64,000 nt of DNA, taken from contig JAUPWL010000001.1 of the NCBI GenBank assembly GCA_030916565.1, positions 5,710 to 69,709 of the forward strand. The letters run 5' to 3'. Below the pieces are notes generated by a model, which was not told the DNA's origin, ran no database searches, and worked only from the letters and a program-made list of their open reading frames with translations. This DNA is from Patescibacteria group bacterium (lineage in GTDB: Bacteria > Patescibacteriota > Saccharimonadia > Saccharimonadales > Saccharimonadaceae). Positions within the stretch are counted from its first letter, which is position 1. Every line of letters starts with the position of its first letter. Shown here one piece after another: positions 36,590 through 44,548 of this stretch. Position numbers and translations under genes: made by a program.

Positions 36590-36871
36590 ATGGTCAAGAA
36601 ATCTGTTGCTGGCCAAGTGACTTATAGTGAACGAATGAACGCACGTCGTTCGTTGATGGAAGAGCTATTTAATGACTATTACGACGATCGTCGTAATGTG
36701 TATAAAATGAATTTTATCAGAGGTATTTTCTTTGGCTTCGGTACTGTTATCGGCGGTACAATAGTTGTTGCAGTCATTGTGTGGGGTTTGAGTTTTTTTG
36801 TCGATATTCCAGGTATTGGCGATACGGCGCAACAAGTACAAAAGTCTCTAGAATCGGGACAAAAAAAGTAA
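36590..36871 (+). CDS. small membrane protein, hypothetical
   Basis: 93 aa with a central Gly-rich TM pair (FIRGIFFGFGTVIGGTIVVAVIVWGL). Confidence 0.5.
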   Translation: MVKKSVAGQVTYSERMNARRSLMEELFNDYYDDRRNVYKMNFIRGIFFGFGTVIGGTIVVAVIVWGLSFFVDIPGIGDTAQQVQKSLESGQKK

Positions 36872-36887
36872 ACATTACATTATCTTG

Positions 36888-36915
36888 CCACTCGCCAAAA
36901 CAACGAGTGGTTTTT
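36888..36915 (+). terminator. intrinsic terminator
   Basis: Stem CCACTCG / CGAGTGG (7 bp) with a 9-nt loop, followed by TTTTT. Confidence 0.7.
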
Positions 36916-36934
36916 CTTATTAGAGGCGCGAAAC

Positions 36935-36943
36935 TGGTATAAT
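36935..36943 (+). promoter_or_regulatory. extended -10 TGgTATAAT, 10 nt before the dnaE ATG
   Basis: TGGTATAAT at 36935-36943, ATG at 36954. Confidence 0.5.
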
Positions 36944-36953
36944 ACTAGTAGTT

Positions 36954-39900
36954 ATGGGAGAGGTAAAAACAAATAACGAAGGGGCGGATTTACGTGTGTC
37001 TGATTTTGTACATCTGCACAATCATTCGCACCACTCTTTGCTAGATGGACTCAGTAAAATCCCGGATCTCGTTAACAAAGTCAAAGAGCTCGGCATGGAA
37101 GCCGTTGCTATTACCGATCACGGTACGATGAGCGGCACGATTGAGTTCTATAAAACCGCCAAAGACAGCGGTGTGAAGCCGATCATTGGTATGGAGGCGT
37201 ATGTTGCGGCACGCAAACACACTGATCGTGATCCACAAAAAGACAAAGCGCGTTATCACTTGATTCTGCTTGCCATGAACGATACTGGTTACAGAAACTT
37301 AATGAAACTGTCGACTATCGCCAACCTGGAAGGTATGTATTACAAACCGCGCATCGACCATGATTTGCTGGAACAGTACAACGAGGGTCTTATCGTTCTG
37401 AGTGGTTGTGCGAGTGGTGAGTTGGGCGAGAACCTGCGTGTTGATAATTACGAGGAAGCTAAAAAAATCGCCGAGTGGTACAAATCGGTTTTTGGTGACC
37501 GCTACTATTTGGAATTGCAGGATCATGGCCACCTAGAAAGTCCTACGGCATGGGACGTGCAAGTCAAAATTAATGGACACCTAGAAAAGCTTGGTGCTGA
37601 ACTCGATATTCCATTTGTTGTTACGAGCGATGGTCACTATTTGACCCATGATGATCAGGATGCACACGAAATTTTGTTGTGCGTCGGCACAGGAGCGTTC
37701 CTGAGTGATGAAAAGCGTATGTCGCTCAAAGATTTTGAGCTGCACGTGACAGAACCGGGCGAAATCATCAATCGGTGGAGTACGACGCACCCTGAGGCGG
37801 TCCGTAATACGAAATTAATTGCTGATAGGTGTGATGTGTCAATCGAGCTGGGTAGGATACTGATTCCGAAATTTCCAACGCCGGATGGTCAGTCAGAAAA
37901 AGATTACCTGCACCAGTTGACCTACCAAGGTATGGCATTCCGTTATCTCGGTAAAAGCCCTGCAGAAGCAAAGAAAATGACCAATGATCAAATACGCCAA
38001 TTGTTGACCGACGAGCAGCGTGATCGTATGGATATGGAACTTGGCGTCATGGATAAGATGGGGTACAACGGGTACTTCTTGATTGTCCAGGATTTCATTA
38101 ACTGGGGCAAAGACCAAGGCATTATTTTTGGTCCAGGACGCGGCAGCGCGGCTGGTTCGATTGTGGCATTTGCACTGAATATTACGGATCTCGATCCATT
38201 GAAATACGATCTGCTGTTCGAGCGATTTTTGAATCCTGATCGTATCAGCATGCCCGATATCGATATCGATATTCAGGATACTCGCCGGGATGAGGTGATT
38301 AAATACTGTGCCGACAAATACGGTGACACGCGTGTCGCGAATATTGTGACATTTGGCAAAATGGCTGCACGTGCTGCAGTCCGCGATGTGGCACGCGTGC
38401 TGCAGGTTCCGTATGCCGAGGCAGATCGTCTTTCAAAGATGATTCCTCCGCCAGTGCAGGGGCGTCATATTCCATTATCAAAATCGCTCCAGGACGACGC
38501 CGACCTGAAACATGAGTATGAAACCAATCAGGCCGCCAAGGAAGTATTTGATTATGCAGTCCGCTTGGAGGGTACTATACGTAGCCATGGTGTTCATGCT
38601 GCGGGTGTGGTGATCGCACCCGATGATATTGTGAACTTTGCGCCCCTCGAAATGGCGCAAAAGGGTGTCGTATCGACGCAATATCCAATGGGTCCAATCG
38701 AAGAATTGGGACTACTCAAGATGGACTTTTTGGGTCTGTCGAACCTCACAATTATTAACAATGCGCTTCGTATTATTCGCCGAGTCTATGGCAAAGAAAT
38801 AGATCTATCTGTATTGCCACTTGATGACGACAAGACATTTAAGTTGTTGCAGCGTGGCGATACGACGGGTGTGTTCCAGTTGGAATCCGCGGGCATGAAA
38901 CGATACCTTCGTGATCTCAAACCAACTGAGTTCGAAGACATTATCGCAATGTGTGCGTTGTATCGTCCTGGCCCATTAGGTGCGGGACTGACCGATTCAT
39001 TCGTGCGTCGTAAAAACGGCCAAGAAAAGATTGTCTATGAGCATGAGCTGACCAAAAACGCACTGCAATCGACCTATGGTGTCATCGTGTACCAGGAACA
39101 AGTCATGCAGATGAGTAAGGAAATGTCCGGGTTCACCGGTGGTGAGGCAGATACCCTCCGTAAGGGTATTGGTAAAAAGATTCCTGAAGTCATGAAAAAG
39201 ATGGGCGACCAGTTTATTAATGGTGCGGTGAAAAATGGCGTGCCCAAAGAAGTCGTAGAAAAGATTTGGAACGATATCCTTGGTTTTGCCGACTACGCAT
39301 TCAACAAGTCTCACTCTGCCTGCTATGGCCTGATCGCGTACTGGACGGCGTATTTAAAGGCGCATTATCCTGATGCATTTATGGCTGCGTTGATGACGAG
39401 CGACGCCGATGACATTGATCGCCTCGCGATTGAGATATCTGAATCGCAGCACATGGGCCTGAAGGTCCTCGCACCTGACGTGAACGAGTCGTACGTAGAG
39501 TTCGCGGTTGTTCCTGGCAAGAATCAGATTCGTTTTGGGCTGGCTGCAGTGAAGGGTGTTGGCGTGTCGGCTGTCGAAGAAATTCTGCGCGCACGAGATG
39601 AAGGTAAATTCACCAGTATCGAAGATTTTGCAAAACGTGTTAGCACGCAGAAGTTTAACAAAAAGGCGTGGGAATCACTTATCAAGAGTGGTGGGTTTGA
39701 TAGTCTAGGCGACCGCTCTGATCTCTTGTTTAACCTCGAATCTATTCAGGCATTCGCGAGCAAGCTGCAAAAAGAAGCGGCGAGCGGACAGACTGATTTG
39801 TTTGGTCTGATGGGTGAAACATCTCCTACAATAATGCCGTCGATCAAAATCCAGCAGGCACCAGTCAAACATACGGAAAAAGAACGGTTAACCTGGGAAC

Positions 39901-40649
39901 GTGAATTGATGGGTCTGTATATTAGCGCACATCCGCTGGATCAATACGGCCAATATTTCGCCGAACAAACTGTGCCTATTAGTTTGCTCACAAAAAACAA
40001 CGATGAGCAAAAAGTAACGGTCGGTGGACTCATTAGTACGATCCGTACCATTGTGACCAAGAGTGGTACAAAGATGGCATTTATGGCGCTTGAAGATAAA
40101 ACGGGCGAGACAGAAGTCATCGTATTTCCAAAGATTTATCAACAAATGGGTGACCAGTTGAAACAGGATGTGATCATTCGTATTGAAGGTACCGTGAACG
40201 CACGTGATCGCGACGGTAAACTCATGGATGACGTGAAAATTATTGCCGATACAATTATGATTGTGACCGACCAAGAGTTGAGGGACTACGAACCAACTGG
40301 CGGTGGACCTTTGAAACCAAAACCCGGCGGTGTCACGACGACCCGCAGATCGTTTGCACAAAAGCAAGCGGCGCCTGCTCCGAGCGTGGTTTCGAGTGTA
40401 TCCTCGGAGCCTGTTGCTGTTGCAACGGCAAAGAAGCTGTATATTCATATCAAAGATCCTGACGATCACGGTACGCTGTTGGCGCTCAAACAAGTCTGTA
40501 GCCTACATCCTGGTATGGAAACCATTGTGCTTGTATTGGGTGCGGATAAAAAATCTGCGATTAAACTACCGTTTACGGTCGACAGCAGTGACAAGTTACT
40601 CGGCGATTTAGTGAAGTTACTTGGTGAAGACGCCGTAGTAGTGAAATAA
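36954..40649 (+). CDS. dnaE: DNA polymerase III alpha subunit
   Basis: 1231 aa. The PHP domain has an apparently complete metal-ligand set (HLHNHSHHSLLDG, AITDHG, GMEAY, YHLILLA, SGCASGE, SDGHY). Polymerase core PDIDIDI, an OB fold and an extra C-terminal module are also present. Confidence 0.97.
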   Translation: MGEVKTNNEGADLRVSDFVHLHNHSHHSLLDGLSKIPDLVNKVKELGMEAVAITDHGTMSGTIEFYKTAKDSGVKPIIGMEAYVAARKHTDRDPQKDKARYHLILLAMNDTGYRNLMKLSTIANLEGMYYKPRIDHDLLEQYNEGLIVLSGCASGELGENLRVDNYEEAKKIAEWYKSVFGDRYYLELQDHGHLESPTAWDVQVKINGHLEKLGAELDIPFVVTSDGHYLTHDDQDAHEILLCVGTGAFLSDEKRMSLKDFELHVTEPGEIINRWSTTHPEAVRNTKLIADRCDVSIELGRILIPKFPTPDGQSEKDYLHQLTYQGMAFRYLGKSPAEAKKMTNDQIRQLLTDEQRDRMDMELGVMDKMGYNGYFLIVQDFINWGKDQGIIFGPGRGSAAGSIVAFALNITDLDPLKYDLLFERFLNPDRISMPDIDIDIQDTRRDEVIKYCADKYGDTRVANIVTFGKMAARAAVRDVARVLQVPYAEADRLSKMIPPPVQGRHIPLSKSLQDDADLKHEYETNQAAKEVFDYAVRLEGTIRSHGVHAAGVVIAPDDIVNFAPLEMAQKGVVSTQYPMGPIEELGLLKMDFLGLSNLTIINNALRIIRRVYGKEIDLSVLPLDDDKTFKLLQRGDTTGVFQLESAGMKRYLRDLKPTEFEDIIAMCALYRPGPLGAGLTDSFVRRKNGQEKIVYEHELTKNALQSTYGVIVYQEQVMQMSKEMSGFTGGEADTLRKGIGKKIPEVMKKMGDQFINGAVKNGVPKEVVEKIWNDILGFADYAFNKSHSACYGLIAYWTAYLKAHYPDAFMAALMTSDADDIDRLAIEISESQHMGLKVLAPDVNESYVEFAVVPGKNQIRFGLAAVKGVGVSAVEEILRARDEGKFTSIEDFAKRVSTQKFNKKAWESLIKSGGFDSLGDRSDLLFNLESIQAFASKLQKEAASGQTDLFGLMGETSPTIMPSIKIQQAPVKHTEKERLTWERELMGLYISAHPLDQYGQYFAEQTVPISLLTKNNDEQKVTVGGLISTIRTIVTKSGTKMAFMALEDKTGETEVIVFPKIYQQMGDQLKQDVIIRIEGTVNARDRDGKLMDDVKIIADTIMIVTDQELRDYEPTGGGPLKPKPGGVTTTRRSFAQKQAAPAPSVVSSVSSEPVAVATAKKLYIHIKDPDDHGTLLALKQVCSLHPGMETIVLVLGADKKSAIKLPFTVDSSDKLLGDLVKLLGEDAVVVK

Positions 40650-40663
40650 TATGGAGATAATGT

Positions 40664-41596
40664 ATGACAGAAATATATCCCAACGCAGAGAATCATAGCG
40701 AGCAAGCGGACACCTATCTAAAGGCATCAATAGGTGAACTGTTGCCTCGCTACCATGAAACCCATGATGGCGTAAGGTACGAAATTATTCGATCTATTAC
40801 CGTAGATGGTCATGAGGTCGCATGGATGGAATACCGCGGTGCAGTACAGACGGCATCTGAAAATGGCGCGGTCTCTATACATGAATATAGCGGGCGCGCA
40901 TTAAAGTGCGCATGTGATTTCACCGAAGGTGTTGGCTGGAAGTGTGATGACAAATGGGGTGTGGTTGGAATGATGCGTTCGTCTGGCGACTGTATCCCTA
41001 CGGAGGCTGCGAAATATATGCGGCTGCTAGAACTGCGACGAGAATATTTAGAGAGGTTCCCAAATGACACAATCCCTATGGGTGATGAATATGATTTATG
41101 GGATAAAGTGCCAGAGATTATCCTGGATTTGATTGAAAAAGGGAAACAGGGAGAATGGTTATCAGAAGGAAGTAGTGGCGCACATGACTGGGGTGGATAC
41201 TTTTATTTACAGACAGTCCAAGAAATAACAGGCATACCGTATGATCAGCTATGGGATCATGTCTATAAGATGCAAGCCGAAAAGCAGATTCAACTTGAGG
41301 GCATGGTTGTACAAGAGTATTCAGAGCCACCTGAACCTAAATGGGAGGAATACGCCCGCCTTGAATACGGGGGTTATACGGGTATCGCAAAGCTACCGGC
41401 ACACAGCAGAATGCCACAACATTGGGAGATTGTTATTTTGGCACAGAATGGCCGAACGATCGCAGAAGGCATTGAAGGACCTGCGCTTACGCATAGTCCA
41501 GACTTTGGTGTCGACGTCGACGATGCAGCAACTGTCGAAGCCGCTATCAAATCAGTGATCGACGGGTATTTGTGGGACCCGATGCGTCAAGCATAG
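40664..41596 (+). CDS. hypothetical cytoplasmic protein (ORFan, Trp/Glu-rich)
   Basis: 310-aa ORF with SD GGAG 7 nt upstream, 14 nt after dnaE. No motif recognised. ATA, AGG and AGA codons are noticeable. Confidence 0.6.
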   Translation: MTEIYPNAENHSEQADTYLKASIGELLPRYHETHDGVRYEIIRSITVDGHEVAWMEYRGAVQTASENGAVSIHEYSGRALKCACDFTEGVGWKCDDKWGVVGMMRSSGDCIPTEAAKYMRLLELRREYLERFPNDTIPMGDEYDLWDKVPEIILDLIEKGKQGEWLSEGSSGAHDWGGYFYLQTVQEITGIPYDQLWDHVYKMQAEKQIQLEGMVVQEYSEPPEPKWEEYARLEYGGYTGIAKLPAHSRMPQHWEIVILAQNGRTIAEGIEGPALTHSPDFGVDVDDAATVEAAIKSVIDGYLWDPMRQA

Positions 41597-42082
41597 CTAT
41601 TGCGATAGTTGATAGAGCGCGATACCAGTCGCGACACTGACATTGAACGATTCTTTTTGGCCATGCATCGGTATTTCGATTAAATCGTCACATAGGTCGC
41701 GCAGTTCTTCTGTGATCCCCTCAACTTCTTCACCGAGTAATAGTGCAACTTTGTCTGGTGTCTGATAATTATGAAGCAGAATTGATCGTTGATCTTGCTC
41801 TAAGCCGACGATACGATATCCAGCGTCTTTGAGCGCCTGGAGGTCGGGCGATTCTTGATATTCAAATGGCACCAATTCTTCGGCACCGAGGGCGGTTTTA
41901 TGGATTTGGCCGTGTAGTTTTGCGGCGATATGAGGCAGGCGTGGGTCGTTGTCTATTGCGGGATAAGGCGTATAGCCACTGAGAATAATCTGACGCACAC
42001 CGAAACCTTCGCTCGTACGAAAAATTGATCCCACATTGTGGGTGGATCGGATGTTGTGTGTAATCACGATAATTTTAGTCAT
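41597..42082 (-). CDS. SpoU/TrmH-family RNA 2'-O-methyltransferase
   Basis: Motifs NVGSIFRTSEGFGV, LLLGEEVEGI and IPMHGQKESFNVSVATGIALYQL. Confidence 0.85.
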   Translation of the reverse strand: MTKIIVITHNIRSTHNVGSIFRTSEGFGVRQIILSGYTPYPAIDNDPRLPHIAAKLHGQIHKTALGAEELVPFEYQESPDLQALKDAGYRIVGLEQDQRSILLHNYQTPDKVALLLGEEVEGITEELRDLCDDLIEIPMHGQKESFNVSVATGIALYQLSQ

Positions 42083-42088
42083 CTTACT

Positions 42089-42097
42089 AGTTTACCA
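42089..42097 (-). promoter_or_regulatory. extended -10 TGgTAAACT, 6 nt before ATG 42082
   Basis: The reverse complement of 42089-42097 reads TGGTAAACT. Confidence 0.4.
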
Positions 42098-42124
42098 CTT
42101 GCTATCCACCCCTATTAGAGTTAT

Positions 42125-42130
42125 TATCAT
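42125..42130 (+). promoter_or_regulatory. -10-like TATCAT, 7 nt before ATG 42138
   Basis: TATCAT at 42125-42130. Same TTATCATAAGCG word as upstream of ndh. Confidence 0.35.
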
Positions 42131-42137
42131 AAGCGAC

Positions 42138-43805
42138 ATGCCATACGTCGTTGAAGAAGACACGCATGCACTCGCCGAAGAAAGCAAAATCCAGCAAAGC
42201 AGGCGAGATCATGAAGAAAAGTCTACCGCATCACGTGCGGCTATATTGGGTTTGCCCTATATCGATTCGCGAGAGTTTGAAAACGAATTAATTCTCGTCA
42301 AAGAGGGTATGATGACTATCGAAGAAATGCATCGGTACCGTATGGTGCCGCTGCAGATGGGGTCTGAATATCAACCATATCGATTTGGTGCGACCAGCAA
42401 TACTCCACAATCTGTTATTGAAAAGACCAAGCAGAAATATCAAGACCAAGGCCGCGAAGCTCAGATATTCTTGATTACCAATAGTGGCTATATGATTCTC
42501 ATGAACCGTTATGACCCTCCGAAAAAGGTCATTTATGATGATATTACCATTGCAAAAACCGGTGACAGTTCGACGATTGCCGAGGTTAGCAAGACGCTTA
42601 ACTCAGTTGGTTCAGACCAAATCCTCGACTATTTGATTGATCAGGCCGATCGATTAGGTGCATCTGATATTCATGTCGAAAATCAACGCACGTATATTCG
42701 CATCCGTATGCGTATCGACGGTGCGCTGCACCCCGTTGCCGAGATTAACAAGGACAAATATCGAGTCCTCATGGGTGCGATTGGTTCTCGGGCGAATATT
42801 TCGTCGGCTGCGACGACATCACAGTCTGGCCACATCCAAAAAGAAATCCACCGCGAAGGTGCGACCCACTTGTTGAACATTCGTATCGAGACCGTTCCGA
42901 GTATGTATGGACAGGACGCTGTGCTCCGTTTGTTTAACTTTGACGAGAGTATGTTGAATCTTGACCTCCTAGGTATTCCTGATCGCGAGATGGCGGAAAT
43001 CCGTGAGATTACTCGCCACCCGCGCGGAATGATGCTGATGGTCGGTCCGACCGGTTCTGGTAAATCAACCACACTCTACAGTATGCTCAATGCGCTGAAC
43101 ACGACCGAGCGAAAGATCCTGACACTAGAGGATCCAATCGAGTATGGCATTAGTGGTATTACACAGATTCCTATCGATACAACGCATGGACAGACATTTG
43201 CCGATGGTTTGCGCTCGATTCTGCGTCTCGACCCAGATGTCGTGATGCTTGGTGAGATCCGTGACGTTGATACCGCCAAGACGGCTATTCAGGCGTCTAT
43301 TACCGGTCACTTGGTGCTGTCGTCATTCCACGCCAACTCTACTGCTGCCGCGTTTAGCCGTATGATCGGCATGATCGGTATTAACCCGATATTTAGTTCT
43401 GCGATTCGTTTGCTGATTGCACAGCGACTCGTGCGTCGATTGTATGACCCATCCAAAGAAGCATACGAGCCTGACGAAGCGACAAAACGTTGGGTTCGCA
43501 AGACACTTGAGGGTGTTCATCCGGATCGTCTGCAAGGTATTGATCTCAATAATTTCAAACTGTACAAACCCGGTGTCCATGCCGACGCGCCGTTCGGATT
43601 CAAAGGTCGTATTGTCATCATGGAACAGATGGTTGTGAACCAGGACATCCAGGCGTTTTTGCGCGGTGATATTGCTGATGCGAATCCTGAGAACATTGAA
43701 AAGGCAGCCAAGGAATCGGCAGGGTTAATAACGCTGATTCAAGCTGGCACATTGGCTGCACTCCGTGGTGAAACGACACTCGAAGAAGTAAACCGAGCCA
43801 TCTAG
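42138..43805 (+). CDS. pilB: GspE/PilB-family type IV pilus / type II secretion assembly ATPase
   Basis: N-terminal GSPII_E_N-like region, Walker A GPTGSGKST, Walker B DPDVVMLGEIRD and His box GHLVLSSFH. Start at ATG 42138, because the track ORF from 42036 overlaps the trmH-family gene. Confidence 0.88.
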   Translation: MPYVVEEDTHALAEESKIQQSRRDHEEKSTASRAAILGLPYIDSREFENELILVKEGMMTIEEMHRYRMVPLQMGSEYQPYRFGATSNTPQSVIEKTKQKYQDQGREAQIFLITNSGYMILMNRYDPPKKVIYDDITIAKTGDSSTIAEVSKTLNSVGSDQILDYLIDQADRLGASDIHVENQRTYIRIRMRIDGALHPVAEINKDKYRVLMGAIGSRANISSAATTSQSGHIQKEIHREGATHLLNIRIETVPSMYGQDAVLRLFNFDESMLNLDLLGIPDREMAEIREITRHPRGMMLMVGPTGSGKSTTLYSMLNALNTTERKILTLEDPIEYGISGITQIPIDTTHGQTFADGLRSILRLDPDVVMLGEIRDVDTAKTAIQASITGHLVLSSFHANSTAAAFSRMIGMIGINPIFSSAIRLLIAQRLVRRLYDPSKEAYEPDEATKRWVRKTLEGVHPDRLQGIDLNNFKLYKPGVHADAPFGFKGRIVIMEQMVVNQDIQAFLRGDIADANPENIEKAAKESAGLITLIQAGTLAALRGETTLEEVNRAI

Positions 43806-43838
43806 GCGATTATAACCCTTTTAAAACTCTTAAAACTG

Positions 43839-43847
43839 TGCTATAGT
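43839..43847 (+). promoter_or_regulatory. extended -10 TGcTATAGT driving a ~105-nt rplS leader
   Basis: TGCTATAGT at 43839-43847. The rplS ATG is at 43959, with SD AAAGAGGA. Confidence 0.45.
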
Positions 43848-43958
43848 AGGCAATTGATTGTATATAGAAACGTTAATCGCCGATATTGCGATGGCGTGGA
43901 GCCGCAGGGATACAACTGCGTGGCCGGCCAGAAACGCTGACGGTAAAGAGGAATTATC

Positions 43959-44480
43959 ATGAGTTTTGCACTAATCCAAAAAGTAAACGACGAGCAGAAA
44001 AAAGCTGCTGTTGTTGACGCACGTAGCGGTGACACTGTCCGTGTCCACCAGAAAATTAAAGAAGGTAACAAAGAGCGTATTCAGGTGTTCGAAGGTGTTG
44101 TTATCCGTACAGATAACAAAAAATCACACACCAGCCGTATTACTGTTCGTAAAGTCGCCAGCGGTGTTGGTGTCGAAAAAAGCTTTTTGATCCACAGCCC
44201 ACTTGTTGAAAAGATCGAAATTGCACGTCGAGCAAAAGTACGCCGTAACTTCTTGTCATACCTCCGCGCTCGTAGTGGTAAAAGTGCTCGTTTGGCTGCA
44301 GTTCAGTTCGACCGCGAAGCAGTTAACGATGTTCGTGATCCACATGCCGAAGCAGAAGAAGCTCGCCTGAAAGAGGAAGCAAAAGCTGCCGCAGAAGCAA
44401 AAGCGGCTGAAAAAGCTGCAGAAGAAGCAGAACTTGCTGCAAAGCAAGCTGAAGTCGAAGCTCGTCACAACGAAGCCTAA
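43959..44480 (+). CDS. rplS: 50S ribosomal protein L19 with a ~55-aa Ala/Glu/Lys-rich C-terminal extension
   Basis: L19 core (GDTVRVHQKIKEGNKERIQVFEGVVI, RKVASGVGVEKSF, SPLVEKIEIARR). The tail is AEAEEARLKEEAKAAAEAKAAEKAAEEAELAAKQAEVEA. Confidence 0.93.
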   Translation: MSFALIQKVNDEQKKAAVVDARSGDTVRVHQKIKEGNKERIQVFEGVVIRTDNKKSHTSRITVRKVASGVGVEKSFLIHSPLVEKIEIARRAKVRRNFLSYLRARSGKSARLAAVQFDREAVNDVRDPHAEAEEARLKEEAKAAAEAKAAEKAAEEAELAAKQAEVEARHNEA

Positions 44481-44501
44481 TTTCGCTGAATTCTATAAAA
44501 G

Positions 44502-44524
44502 CCGCTCTACGGAGCGGTTTTTTT
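44502..44524 (+). terminator. intrinsic terminator after rplS
   Basis: Stem CCGCTC / GAGCGG with loop TACG, followed by seven T. Confidence 0.75.
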
Positions 44525-44534
44525 GTGTATGAGA

Positions 44535-44540
44535 TACAAT
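44535..44540 (+). promoter_or_regulatory. -10 box TACAAT, 8 nt before ATG 44549
   Basis: TACAAT at 44535-44540. Confidence 0.45.
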
Positions 44541-44548
44541 AGATATAC

